Shown piece by piece: positions 1-10,083 of a stretch of DNA of 63,582 nucleotides (its first letter is position 1; each line of letters starts with the position of its first letter). Location of the stretch: sequence record SRR31156797_2571. One strand, 5' to 3'. The notes beneath the pieces are model-generated. The model was given only the letters and a program-made list of their open reading frames with translations. It was not told the origin of the DNA and made no database searches. The translations under genes and the position numbers were made by a program.

Positions 1-30
1 ATTGTCCACTTGACGGGGAGCCCAGCAATC

Positions 31-74
31 ACTGCAGAAATCACTCTCTTCTTGAATTGATTTCTGCAGTTTTT
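31..74 (+). terminator. Rho-independent terminator of an upstream unit
   Basis: 13-bp stem ACTGCAGAAATCA/TGATTTCTGCAGT followed by a T run. Confidence 0.65.
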
Positions 75-286
75 GTATTTGAAAAGATAGAAGAAAGGAG
101 ATTGCCATAGTAAAACAATGAGCGAAGGCAAGGAAGATAGAGAAATTTCTGTAATGTCAAACTAGTTTCAGTATGAAAATGGTGCTGACCAAGTTATTTT
201 CCTTCACTTAAACAGTCTATATTTCATTCGTTCGGCTCAAGTGATTCATGGTAAAATAAAGAAAAGCAAATCGAGGAGGGTCTTTT

Positions 287-925
287 ATGAAGTATGAATG
301 GCGCAAACTAGAAAAAGAGCTTTATCTTCCCAAAAAACCAACAGTGATCGAGGTGCCAACGTATCAATTTATCAGTTTGAGCGGCAGCGGCGATCCGAAT
401 CGTCCTGAATTCAGCGAAGAAATCGCCGCTTTATATACGATTTCTTATTCACTCAGGATGGGGTTAAAAAAAGGGGCTTTTGGCAATGAACCCTTTGAAT
501 ACACGGTCTTTCCTTTGGAAGGCGTGTGGACCTCTCTGACAAAGCCAGAGGGTGCCATCAACAAAGAAGAATTGATCTATAAAATCATGATTCGCCAACC
601 AGATCCAGTCACGGAAACACTGTTTCAAGAACAGCTCTTGGCAGTCAAAGAGAAGAAAGACAATCCAAATCTAGAGAAGCTCATCTTTGAACGTTATGAA
701 GAAGGACTGTGTCTGCAAGCAATGCATACAGGCTCTTTTGATACTGAAGCGGAAACATTTGCGCAAATGAAGGAGCTGTTAAAACAAGAACAGTTAGTGA
801 TCCGTCCAACGATGGACACGTTCCAGCATCGAGAAATCTATTTGTCTGATCCGCGAAAAGTCTCACCAGATAAAGCCAAAACCGTCCTGCGATGGGCAGT
901 AGAATCAGAAGGTGGGATTCAGTGA
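287..925 (+). CDS. GyrI-like small-molecule-binding domain protein
   Basis: N-terminus MKYEWRKxEKELYLPK, YTVFPLEGVW, HxGSFDxE and HREIYLSDPRK motifs; GAGGAGG RBS. Confidence 0.8.
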   Translation: MKYEWRKLEKELYLPKKPTVIEVPTYQFISLSGSGDPNRPEFSEEIAALYTISYSLRMGLKKGAFGNEPFEYTVFPLEGVWTSLTKPEGAINKEELIYKIMIRQPDPVTETLFQEQLLAVKEKKDNPNLEKLIFERYEEGLCLQAMHTGSFDTEAETFAQMKELLKQEQLVIRPTMDTFQHREIYLSDPRKVSPDKAKTVLRWAVESEGGIQ

Positions 926-1866
926 ATAAAAACTATTTAAGCATCGACATCGGCGGCACGAAAATCAAATCGGCTGTCATTGATCGCTCGGGGAATATTC
1001 TGACACGAGGACGGATGGATACGCCGAAAAGTCTTGCGGAATTTTTGACGGGGATTGAAACGATCGTTGAGGACGTTCATGGAAGCATTCGGGGCATTGC
1101 GGTTAGTACCCCGGGAAAAGTCAACCCAGAGACCGGGACAATCTCGTTTGGCGGGGCATTGCCTTTTTTAGATGGGGTCTCCTTAAAACAGCTGCTGGCA
1201 AAGTATCAAATGCCGCTTGCTGTGACCAACGATGGCAAAGCAGCCGCATTAGCTGAATGGTGGCTAGGAAACCTTAAAGGGATTCAAAACGGAGCTGCCA
1301 TAACATTAGGTACTGGTTTGGGCGGTGGCGTAATCGTTGAGGGAAAACTGATCCAAGGTGCACATTTTCAAGCCGGGGAATTAAGTTTTCTACTAAATGC
1401 CACTAAGAGAAGTGACACTCAAGAAAACGCTGAGCAACCAGTCAATCAGGGATTGACCCTGCAGCAATTGGCAGGTTTTAGCGGTTCAGCGGTCGCCATG
1501 ATTCGTCGCAGCGCCCAACTGCTAGGCTTAGCTGATCTTGCGGATGGTGAAGCAGTTTTTGACGCCATCAATCAGAAACAACCACAGGTCTGGGCGCTGT
1601 TTACAGCGTATTGCCGAGAAATCGCGTGTGTCATGCTCAATGTTCAAGCCGTGATCGACTTAGAGCGCTTCGTGATTGGCGGGGGCATCAGTGCCCAAGC
1701 GATCGTGGTGGAAGAAATCGACCGTCAGTATCAGCAACTGCTAGCTAGTTTACCGATTTTGCAGCAGACTTTGACGAAGCCGGAGATCCAAGCGTGCAAA
1801 TTTCAAAACGATGCCAACTTATTAGGGGCGCTCTATCATTTCTTTTTGGAACATGAGATGAAATAA
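922..1866 (+). CDS. ROK family sugar kinase
   Basis: IDIGGT, NDGKAAALAE, LGTGLGGG and AGE motifs with no HTH; GTG start at 922 overlaps the upstream stop (GTGA). Confidence 0.85.
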   Translation: MNKNYLSIDIGGTKIKSAVIDRSGNILTRGRMDTPKSLAEFLTGIETIVEDVHGSIRGIAVSTPGKVNPETGTISFGGALPFLDGVSLKQLLAKYQMPLAVTNDGKAAALAEWWLGNLKGIQNGAAITLGTGLGGGVIVEGKLIQGAHFQAGELSFLLNATKRSDTQENAEQPVNQGLTLQQLAGFSGSAVAMIRRSAQLLGLADLADGEAVFDAINQKQPQVWALFTAYCREIACVMLNVQAVIDLERFVIGGGISAQAIVVEEIDRQYQQLLASLPILQQTLTKPEIQACKFQNDANLLGALYHFFLEHEMK

Positions 1867-1874
1867 AATAGACC

Positions 1875-1914
1875 AAAAAACTGTCGCGAACCAACGATTC
1901 GCGACAGTTTTTTT
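1875..1914. terminator. Bidirectional terminator
   Basis: AAAAAACTGTCGCGAA...TTCGCGACAGTTTTTT between convergent genes. Confidence 0.85.
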
Positions 1915-3112
1915 AGGCTTTTTTCTTGGGGTCTTTGTCTTCGTCACCTAGGTAATCTTTGCTAGTGAAGGCACTGTGGAAGTATTTGCCTTCTTGACCG
2001 TAATAGCGGTTATAGCGCTGCTTGAATTTGCGGAACACGTAAACGACAAGAACTTTTAGCAGACAATAAATTGGGATCCCGAAAATCACCCCAACGATCC
2101 CCATCAAATCACCCATCACTAATAAAACAACCAGAATCGTAATAGGATGAATTTTCAATCGGTCACCCATCACACGGGGCACGACTAAATCCCCATGAAG
2201 CAACTGTACAGCAAACCAAGCAATCAAAAATTTAACCAACATCCCGGTGGAGTCTTGTGCGGCAATGAAAAGTCCCGGGAAAAAGACGATAAAAGGACCA
2301 ATATAGGGGATGATGCAAAGCAGACCAGCGGCGATCGCCAGAATACTGGCATACTCTAAGCCAATCAATAGGAAAACGACCCAATAGATCGCCCCTAAAA
2401 TCAAGGAAGAAATGATTTGTCCTTTCAAAAAGGCACCGACTTGTATGTCAGAGATCTTGACGATTTCATTAAAGTCTTTGCGAAAACGTGGTGGCACTAA
2501 CGAGAGAACTGAAAAATAAAACTTGTTGGGGTTGCGCAATAAGAAAAAGGCAATGATCGGTCCCGTAAACAAAGCGATGAACAAGGTCGAAATGGTTGAA
2601 AACAAACTGCTGAGCCCAGCGGCACCAGTTTGCCAATAGTCTCCAATAAAACTCATGATATTACTGGTGATATTTTGTAGTGTGTCTGTAATTTGTGCCA
2701 TCTCATCTTGAAATGGGGTATTTTCTAAAAAGGCGGTCGCGTTTTTCTCAAAGTCACTGACCAAACTCGGTAAGCTGTTGATCAGATCGGTGGTTTGCTG
2801 CTCCAAAATCGGGTAAAGCTGGAAACCAGCAAAGACGATCAACAAAAGAATCAACAGATAGATCCCAGCAATCGAAACACTGCGGGGAATTTTTTTCGAT
2901 TCCAATTTATCGACTACCGGGTTAAACAGATAGTAAAGGATCAGCCCAAATAAAAAGGGTGGGATAATAGCTGTAAGTATGGCTGAAAAGGGTGTAAATA
3001 AAAAAGAAATCTGATTTAGCAAAAAGACAGCAACTGCCGACAAGATAATCAGTCCTAAGACATAATAGCTTGTTTTGCCGCCTAAAAAGTGGATCAATCG
3101 GTTATTTTTCAT
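1913..3112 (-). CDS. AI-2E (PerM) family transporter
   Basis: Multi-TM protein with YYLFNPVV, IPYIGP, PRVMGDRLKIHP and GIPIY motifs; start taken at MKNN (3112). Confidence 0.85.
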   Translation of the reverse strand: MKNNRLIHFLGGKTSYYVLGLIILSAVAVFLLNQISFLFTPFSAILTAIIPPFLFGLILYYLFNPVVDKLESKKIPRSVSIAGIYLLILLLIVFAGFQLYPILEQQTTDLINSLPSLVSDFEKNATAFLENTPFQDEMAQITDTLQNITSNIMSFIGDYWQTGAAGLSSLFSTISTLFIALFTGPIIAFFLLRNPNKFYFSVLSLVPPRFRKDFNEIVKISDIQVGAFLKGQIISSLILGAIYWVVFLLIGLEYASILAIAAGLLCIIPYIGPFIVFFPGLFIAAQDSTGMLVKFLIAWFAVQLLHGDLVVPRVMGDRLKIHPITILVVLLVMGDLMGIVGVIFGIPIYCLLKVLVVYVFRKFKQRYNRYYGQEGKYFHSAFTSKDYLGDEDKDPKKKA

Positions 3113-3313
3113 AATAAGCCTCGCTTTCTTAGCTACATTATAACGAAAGACCCCTATTCTGTAAAAAAACAACGTACCTTTTGAAAAAACTACGCTCATA
3201 TTCTCAATATCTTTATAATGAAAGAATATCTTTGATAAGGGGTTAACTGATGGCATCTTTCTTCAAAGCAGGCCAAAAATGCTCCCGTGTTTACAACACA
3301 GGAGCGAAAAGAA

Positions 3314-3682
3314 TTATTTGCGCACTGTCGTCAAGGTACAGCGACCAACGGCAGTTTTTAACCCGCTAGCTAACCAAATAGTGGCTTGCCAAGTTTGGAT
3401 ACGAGCGCCGATACGATCAGGACTAGCTTCTACGATCAGGGTTCCTTCTTGAGCGGCGGCTAGATGGTTGACTTGTAGGTCAACGCCGGCGGCGAAGGCT
3501 TCTTCTTGAGCCAAAGCTTGATTGGCACCGATGCTGCAGGCAGTCTCGATCAAAACGCCGTTAATGCCACCGTGAACGAGACCAAAAGGCTGTTTGTGCT
3601 GTTCTTTGATGGGCATCCGTAAACGAACAAAATCGGCTGTTGCTGCTTCTACTTCGATTTCTAAAGCTTCTAGTAAGTTCAT
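3314..3682 (-). CDS. menI: PaaI/hotdog thioesterase, probable DHNA-CoA thioesterase
   Basis: HKQPFGLVHGG...ETACS motif; divergent from menB. Confidence 0.7.
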   Translation of the reverse strand: MNLLEALEIEVEAATADFVRLRMPIKEQHKQPFGLVHGGINGVLIETACSIGANQALAQEEAFAAGVDLQVNHLAAAQEGTLIVEASPDRIGARIQTWQATIWLASGLKTAVGRCTLTTVRK

Positions 3683-3870
3683 TTTTTGCTCCTTTTTCTA
3701 AGAAAGTTACCATGATTATAGCACGAGTTTTGGTAGAAATAGCCGAAGTTCTAAGAAAGACAGCAACAGGGGGAGAAGTCTTAAGAAATTCCCTTAACCA
3801 AAGCAATTTCTAACGAAAAGCGACTAGATATGTGTATAATAGAGCTATGTGAATTGAGGAGGAACAAGTA

Positions 3871-4686
3871 ATGAGAGAATGGAAAACCTTAAAAGAATAT
3901 GATGAAATTTTATTTGAACAACATGGAAAAGTGGCGAAGATCACGATCAACCGCCCAGAAGTCCACAATGCGTTTACACCAAAAACGGTGTTTGAAATGA
4001 TTGATGCGTTTTCAATCAGTCGCGATGAACCAGGCATCGGCGTGATTATTTTGACAGGCGCCGGCGACAAAGCCTTTTGTTCAGGCGGAGACCAAAAAGT
4101 CCGTGGTCACGGTGGCTATGTTGGGGAAGATCAGGTTCCTCGCTTAAACGTATTGGATCTGCAACGCTTGATCCGAACGTTGCCAAAACCGGTGATCGCC
4201 ATGGTCAAAGGCTGGTCGATCGGCGGCGGAAATGTTTTACAATTGGTTTGTGATTTAACGATTGCCGCTGACAACGCTAAATTTGGTCAAACAGGACCAA
4301 ATGTCGGTAGTTTTGATGGTGGCTATGGTTCGGGCTATCTTGCACGGACGATCGGACATAAAAAAGCCAAGGAAGTTTGGTTCATGACAAAACAATATAC
4401 TGCCGAAGAAGCATTGGCGATGAACTGGATCAATACAGTCGTTCCTCTTGATCGAGTAGAAGATGAAACGATGGAATGGGCCGAAACGATGCTGCAAAAG
4501 AGCCCGTTGGCGTTACGTATGATCAAAGCATCAATGAATGCCGATACGGATGGATTAGCTGGCATTCAGCAATTGGCCGGCGATGCGACCTTATTGTATT
4601 ACACGATGGATGAAGCCAAAGAAGGTCGTGACGCGTTTAAAGAAAAACGTCAACCAGACTTCGACCAATTCCCTAAATTCCCATAA
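3871..4686 (+). CDS. menB: 1,4-dihydroxy-2-naphthoyl-CoA synthase
   Basis: [36 protein letters not shown]-terminal [10 protein letters not shown]. Confidence 0.97.
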   Translation: MREWKTLKEYDEILFEQHGKVAKITINRPEVHNAFTPKTVFEMIDAFSISRDEPGIGVIILTGAGDKAFCSGGDQKVRGHGGYVGEDQVPRLNVLDLQRLIRTLPKPVIAMVKGWSIGGGNVLQLVCDLTIAADNAKFGQTGPNVGSFDGGYGSGYLARTIGHKKAKEVWFMTKQYTAEEALAMNWINTVVPLDRVEDETMEWAETMLQKSPLALRMIKASMNADTDGLAGIQQLAGDATLLYYTMDEAKEGRDAFKEKRQPDFDQFPKFP

Positions 4687-6185
4687 TGACTGGGAGTTGG
4701 CTGCAAAGGCAAGCACAACTTCATCCAGAACGACCAGCTTTTTATTGGCATGAAAAAAGCTGGTCGTTTGCTGCCTTGCAAAAAGAGGTTTATGCTTATG
4801 CTGCTTATTATCAAGCCCAATTCGTTGTTCTGCCAAACCGGGTAGCCCTTTTTAGCAATAACTCCCCTGAAATGGTCTTTACGATCCTTGCTTTGTGGGA
4901 GTTGGGGATCGAAGTCCAGCTGTTGAATACGCGATTGACAGCCGCTGAAATCACCTTCCAATTGCAAGATGCCCACTGCGACTGGGTGATCACGGCGGAT
5001 CAGGCAGCGGTCCCGGGTGTTCGCAGCCTGACCTTTGGACAAGCGATGGAACAGGCGAAGGCTCTTGCCAGTTCTTTTGATCCTTCGTTTGTTCCTAATA
5101 AAGCAATCTATCAAGCAGAACAAGTAGCTTCGATTATGTATACATCCGGTACGACGGGCAATCCCAAGGGTGTGCCGCAAACCTTTAGGAATCATCTAGC
5201 AAGTGCCGAAGCGACTCAAAAGAACTTAACGATCACTAGTGAGGATTGTTGGCTTTGTGCAGTTCCGCTGTATCATATCAGTGGATTATCAATTCTCTTG
5301 CGTTCCTTGCGACTTGGAATGAGTGTTCGTTTGTATGAGCGCTTTGATGCTGGAGAAATGGCGAAAGATCTTGAGGCAGGAAAAGGGACGATCGTTTCTT
5401 TGGTGGCGAAAATGTTGACAGATTTGCTGCCATTGGTGCCCCAACAAGGCTTTGATTCGTTGCGTTATGTACTGCTAGGCGGCGGGCCCATTGCCAAAAG
5501 TATATTGGAAAAATGCCAGCAAAAACAGCTTTCTGTGATCCAATCCTATGGGATGACAGAAACCTGTTCACAAGTGGTGGCATTGCCGCCAGAAAAAGCT
5601 TCAGAAAAAATCGGCTCCTCAGGGGTTCCCCTGCAAGGTGTCCATCTACGAATTGCGGTTGATGCGAAAATGGCAGATCATCGGACTGCTGAAAGTACCC
5701 AGTCGATCGGAGAGATCCAACTGCAAGGACCGGCGATCACGACCCGTTACTTAAACGATCGCAGTCCACAGCAGTGGGACCAAGAGGGCTGGTTTGCCAC
5801 AGGAGATCTAGGGTATCTTGATCAAGAGGGCTTTTTGTATGTAGTCAGTCGTGCAAGCGAACTGATCATATCTGGTGGAGAAAACATCTATCCTGCAGAA
5901 GTGGAGCAAGCCTTGTTGCAGCATCCAGCGGTCAAAGAGGCAGCTGTGGTGGGGGAACCAGACGAGGAGTGGGGACAATCTGTCGCGGCTTATTTAACGT
6001 TAAATGAGTCCGTCCGACTCCAAGCCTTGTTGGATACATTAGAAGGGCAGATCGCCCATTATAAATTTCCGCGCCGTTTTTATCACGTGCGAGAAATGCC
6101 GCGCACAGCAAGCGGCAAACTTTTAAAACGGCTATTGCTGAGTGAAGAAAGAGTGAACTACATTGAACAGCAAATCATCAAGTAA
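4686..6185 (+). CDS. menE: o-succinylbenzoate-CoA ligase
   Basis: YTSGTTGNPKG, SYGMTET, ISGGENIYPAEVE; men operon context. Confidence 0.93.
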   Translation: MTGSWLQRQAQLHPERPAFYWHEKSWSFAALQKEVYAYAAYYQAQFVVLPNRVALFSNNSPEMVFTILALWELGIEVQLLNTRLTAAEITFQLQDAHCDWVITADQAAVPGVRSLTFGQAMEQAKALASSFDPSFVPNKAIYQAEQVASIMYTSGTTGNPKGVPQTFRNHLASAEATQKNLTITSEDCWLCAVPLYHISGLSILLRSLRLGMSVRLYERFDAGEMAKDLEAGKGTIVSLVAKMLTDLLPLVPQQGFDSLRYVLLGGGPIAKSILEKCQQKQLSVIQSYGMTETCSQVVALPPEKASEKIGSSGVPLQGVHLRIAVDAKMADHRTAESTQSIGEIQLQGPAITTRYLNDRSPQQWDQEGWFATGDLGYLDQEGFLYVVSRASELIISGGENIYPAEVEQALLQHPAVKEAAVVGEPDEEWGQSVAAYLTLNESVRLQALLDTLEGQIAHYKFPRRFYHVREMPRTASGKLLKRLLLSEERVNYIEQQIIK

Positions 6186-7527
6186 TTATAAAGCAGCGAT
6201 CGCTGCCGGGAAAACCTATTTGAGTGAGTATCAGCCTTTAAAAAGGTGTGACTTACTGGCTCTTTATGCAGCGGCACAAGAATATCAAGGGGAACGCTAT
6301 TTCTGGCGTACTCCTGATGAAACGACTAGTCTGGTAGGGTTGGGTTGGTTAGTCACTTTTTCGCAACCCAAACTTGCAGACTTTTCAGAAGTCCGCTCTC
6401 TCTTAAAGCAAGCCCATTATCAACCAGAGGCACCTTTTCAGGCGCAGCTGGTTGGGGGCTTTGCTTTTGATGAACAGGCAGAAGTCAGTCAGGATTGGGC
6501 TGAGCTAGGTGCCGGTCTCTTTGCGTTGCCAGAAATACTGGTCCGCAAAACTGGCGATCAGTGTGGCGTCGTTTATACAGTAGCCGCTTCTTCCGAGGAA
6601 CAACGACAACAAAAAGTCGCTGTCTTACAGGAAAAAGTCGCAAGCTGGTTGAATGCCAACCCGGACAAGAGTCTTGTAGCAGAAACGCCTGCTTTTCAGG
6701 CACAAGAGGAACTAGAGGTGCCCCAATGGCTGCAAGCGGTCGAAGAGACAGTGGCAGCCATTCGCTCGACTGAAACACCGTTGAAAAAAGTGGTTCTGGC
6801 AAGGAGAATGAAGATAGAAACGAAGCAGTCGATCATTAGTGCTGCGGTGTTGCAACGGTTGGCGCAACAGCAGCCGAATACCTATCTTTTTGCCATCGAA
6901 CATGGGGGCCATGTTTTTGCTGGTGCGACGCCAGAACGCTTGCTAAAAGCGACTGTCGATCAATTTGAAACGGTAAGTATCGCAGGTTCCGCGCCAAGAG
7001 GCAAAACCAAAGAAGAAGATGAGGCACTGGCACAAGCCCTCTTAGCGGACGCAAAAAATACCCATGAACATCAAGTAGTTGTCGATCGCTTGGAAACGGC
7101 ATTGGCTACTTTGTTAGCTGACGGTTTTCAATCAGAAGCCCGCTCCGTCATCAAGAATCGTGACATTCAGCATTTGTTTGTTCCTTTAGCAGGGCAAAGA
7201 AAAGCAGGAGTCAACTTTCTGAGCGCCGTGCAAAAACTACACCCGACCCCAGCATTGGGGGGAGAACCGAAAGAAGCAGCCGTCTCATGGATTCGTACCC
7301 ATGAACCAGCCAGCAGAGGGATGTACGGTGGACCGATCGGTTGGTTGGGTATTCAAGAAGATATTGGCGAGTTTGCAGTGGCCATCCGCTCAGGATTCTT
7401 TAGCGGCAATCAAGCAACGCTGTATGCAGGCTGTGGGATCGTTGCCGATTCAGATGCGGAATCCGAACGTCAAGAAACACGGTTAAAATTTCAACCGATG
7501 AGGAGAGGGATCTTAGGAGATGAATAA
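6163..7527 (+). CDS. menF: Isochorismate synthase
   Basis: KVVLAR, GATPERL, KNTHEH, LHPTPALGG, YAGCGIV; TTG start, exact start uncertain. Confidence 0.92.
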   Translation: MNSKSSSNYKAAIAAGKTYLSEYQPLKRCDLLALYAAAQEYQGERYFWRTPDETTSLVGLGWLVTFSQPKLADFSEVRSLLKQAHYQPEAPFQAQLVGGFAFDEQAEVSQDWAELGAGLFALPEILVRKTGDQCGVVYTVAASSEEQRQQKVAVLQEKVASWLNANPDKSLVAETPAFQAQEELEVPQWLQAVEETVAAIRSTETPLKKVVLARRMKIETKQSIISAAVLQRLAQQQPNTYLFAIEHGGHVFAGATPERLLKATVDQFETVSIAGSAPRGKTKEEDEALAQALLADAKNTHEHQVVVDRLETALATLLADGFQSEARSVIKNRDIQHLFVPLAGQRKAGVNFLSAVQKLHPTPALGGEPKEAAVSWIRTHEPASRGMYGGPIGWLGIQEDIGEFAVAIRSGFFSGNQATLYAGCGIVADSDAESERQETRLKFQPMRRGILGDE

Positions 7528-9232
7528 CCAGACAGTCATGACAGACTATTTATTAGCGGCAATCCAAGGACTAAAAGCAGCGGGTGCGAAGCGAGCGGTT
7601 ATTAGTCCCGGTTCACGCTCAACGCCATTGGCGCTACTATTGCATCGTGATCCTGAGATCACCTGTACGGTGGCTGTCGATGAACGTTCGGCTGCTTTTT
7701 TTGCTTTAGGGATGTCCAAAGTTGATCTCCAGCCAACAATCTTACTGTGTACTTCTGGAACTGCAGCAGCCAATTATTATCCAGCCGTTTGTGAAGCAGA
7801 AGCCACCAACTTGCCACTGATCGTCTTAACGGCTGATCGTCCACCAGAACTGCGGGGCGTTGGGGCGCCACAAGCGATGGACCAACAGAATTTGTATGCC
7901 TCTCACGTCAAAAAGATGGTAGAGATGACCGTGCCAGAAAACGATCCTTCTTTGTTGCGTTATAGTTTTTGGCAAGCTGCAACTTGCACGATCGAAGCGC
8001 AAAAACAGCCGAAAGGCCCGGTCCAAATCAACTTTCCATTACGGGAGCCGCTGTTGCCTGACTTTAGTCGCCAATGCAGTATTCAGCAAGACGTGAGCTA
8101 TCTGGCACCACAACAAGAGCTGTCAGCAGAGATGATCACCCAGCTAGCCCCTTACTTTGATAAAAAAGGTATTCTGATTGCTGGAGAAAGCCTTACGATC
8201 GAAGAAGCGCAGCAGTTGCTGGCTTTTTCAGAGAAATTAGGCTGGCCGATTGTCGGCGATCCATTGACCAATTTGGCGACAGCCGGTACCAAAGTAGGAA
8301 CATTTATCAGTCAAGCCGATCTTATTTTCCCGCAATTGACTTCTGCCTTCCAACCAGAGGTGGTCGTGCGTTTTGGTCGCTTACCAGTCACTAAAAATGT
8401 CCTGTTATGGTTGAACAAAGCAGCGGATACGACGACGTGGCTCTTTGTTGATCCATCGGGGCAGTGGCAAGACCAGTTGCATCGGGCAAACTATTTGATC
8501 GAAGCAGCGATCAGCACTTTCGTGGTGGCCATCACCCAGTTGCCGATCGTCAAACATACGGCGTGGCAACAACAATGGCAAGCACTTCAAGCGCGGGCAG
8601 ATCAGGTGATTGCTGCAAGTCCGCAGTTGAAACAATGGGATGAGAGCAGCGCTGTGCGCATGCTCCAACAATGTCTACCTGAAGAAGCGCAAATTCTTTT
8701 GGCAAACAGCAATGCGATCCGTTTCTTTGATCGCTACGGCAGCAAAACTTCCTCCACTTATCGAGTGTATGGAAATCGGGGCGTCAATGGGATCGACGGC
8801 CTTGTCTCGACCGTAGCTGGGATTGCTTCAGCCAGTCAAAAGCCTACCTACTTGTTGATTGGTGATTTAGCGTTGTACCATGATATGAACGGCCTACAAC
8901 TACTGCGTCAGTATCAATTGCCAGTAACGATCATTTTACTGAATAATAACGGTGGTGGGATCTTTTCCTTTTTGTCACAAAACACCTTAGAACCAAACGA
9001 CTTTGTCCCGCTCTTTGGCACGCCGTTAGACCTTGAGTTTCAAAAAGTGGCGGCCTTATATGAGGCAGATTGGCACACACCGACCTCTTTGCTAGAGTTT
9101 CAAACGATTTTAACGGAAACAAGCCAACAGCCGCGTTTTCAAATAATCGAAGTGAAGGGTGAGCAAAAAGATCCGGTCAACACTTGGCAAGCACTGCAAC
9201 AGCAGTTTAGCGAGGCGGGAGCGCAGCAATGA
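7520..9232 (+). CDS. menD: SEPHCHC synthase
   Basis: SPGSRSTPL, DERSAAFFALG, CTSGTAAANY, NRGVNGIDG, NNNGGGIF. Confidence 0.96.
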   Translation: MNNQTVMTDYLLAAIQGLKAAGAKRAVISPGSRSTPLALLLHRDPEITCTVAVDERSAAFFALGMSKVDLQPTILLCTSGTAAANYYPAVCEAEATNLPLIVLTADRPPELRGVGAPQAMDQQNLYASHVKKMVEMTVPENDPSLLRYSFWQAATCTIEAQKQPKGPVQINFPLREPLLPDFSRQCSIQQDVSYLAPQQELSAEMITQLAPYFDKKGILIAGESLTIEEAQQLLAFSEKLGWPIVGDPLTNLATAGTKVGTFISQADLIFPQLTSAFQPEVVVRFGRLPVTKNVLLWLNKAADTTTWLFVDPSGQWQDQLHRANYLIEAAISTFVVAITQLPIVKHTAWQQQWQALQARADQVIAASPQLKQWDESSAVRMLQQCLPEEAQILLANSNAIRFFDRYGSKTSSTYRVYGNRGVNGIDGLVSTVAGIASASQKPTYLLIGDLALYHDMNGLQLLRQYQLPVTIILLNNNGGGIFSFLSQNTLEPNDFVPLFGTPLDLEFQKVAALYEADWHTPTSLLEFQTILTETSQQPRFQIIEVKGEQKDPVNTWQALQQQFSEAGAQQ

Positions 9233-10068
9233 GGGACACGATAAATGGCGTCAGTTATTTTTATCAGTGGTTGCAACCTTACCGACCAGCCTTACCAACC
9301 CTTGTGGCATTGCATGGCTTCACGGGTTCTTCGGAAAGTTTTCGACCGGTTTTTGTAGAGGAAGGTTCTTATAATGTATTGGCTGTCGACTTGATTGGAC
9401 ATGGACGGTCATCGATTTATGTCCATCCCATGCGTTATGAACTTCCTTTACTGGTGGAGGATCTCGCACAGCTTTTAGCGAAGTTAGGGATTGAACGCTA
9501 TGGTCTTTATGGCTACTCGATGGGGGCACGAATCGCACTTGTCTGGGCAGTCAAGGAACCAGCTGCAGTGACCCATCTTTTGCTTGAGAGTGGTTCCCCC
9601 GGGTTGGCTGATCCAGGAGAACGACTCGCTCGTCAGCGGCACGATCGCTGCTTAGGATTGCGCTTACTAAGGGAGCCTATGGTCGATTTTGTCGATTACT
9701 GGCAAGAACTGCCGTTGTTTGCTAGTCAAAAGGAGCTGCCCTTAGTGCAGCAGGCTGCTGTACGGCAAGGACGCTTGCAGCAAAATAAATTTGGCTTGGC
9801 AGTAAGCTTGGTTTACGGTGGTACTGGCAAACAGCCAAGCTGTTGGTCGGCATTTCCGCAGCTAGCTTGTGAAATTCTTTATTTAGCCGGGGAAAAAGAT
9901 TTAAAGTTTCGGAAAATCGCCCACCAAATGAAGCAGCTGCAACCAGAGATGACCATCAAAGTCGTTGCTAATGCTGGACATTGTATCCATTTAGAACAGC
10001 CGACACAGGTTCGTCATGAAATCGATCAATGGTTTGTAAAAGGATCGAGGCCACAGTCAGCTGATTGA
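9229..10068 (+). CDS. menH: SHCHC synthase (alpha/beta hydrolase)
   Basis: LHGFTGS, GYSMGAR, GEKDxKF and AGH motifs; men operon context. Confidence 0.92.
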   Translation: MRDTINGVSYFYQWLQPYRPALPTLVALHGFTGSSESFRPVFVEEGSYNVLAVDLIGHGRSSIYVHPMRYELPLLVEDLAQLLAKLGIERYGLYGYSMGARIALVWAVKEPAAVTHLLLESGSPGLADPGERLARQRHDRCLGLRLLREPMVDFVDYWQELPLFASQKELPLVQQAAVRQGRLQQNKFGLAVSLVYGGTGKQPSCWSAFPQLACEILYLAGEKDLKFRKIAHQMKQLQPEMTIKVVANAGHCIHLEQPTQVRHEIDQWFVKGSRPQSAD

Positions 10069-10083
10069 CAAGGAGAGAACGCA

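Noticed and set aside
3113..3256. N-terminal extensions in the ORF track (also opuAA, C26 hydrolase, gloA, tpiA, PHP)
   Set aside because: Downstream starts have better RBS spacing or match the family N-termini.
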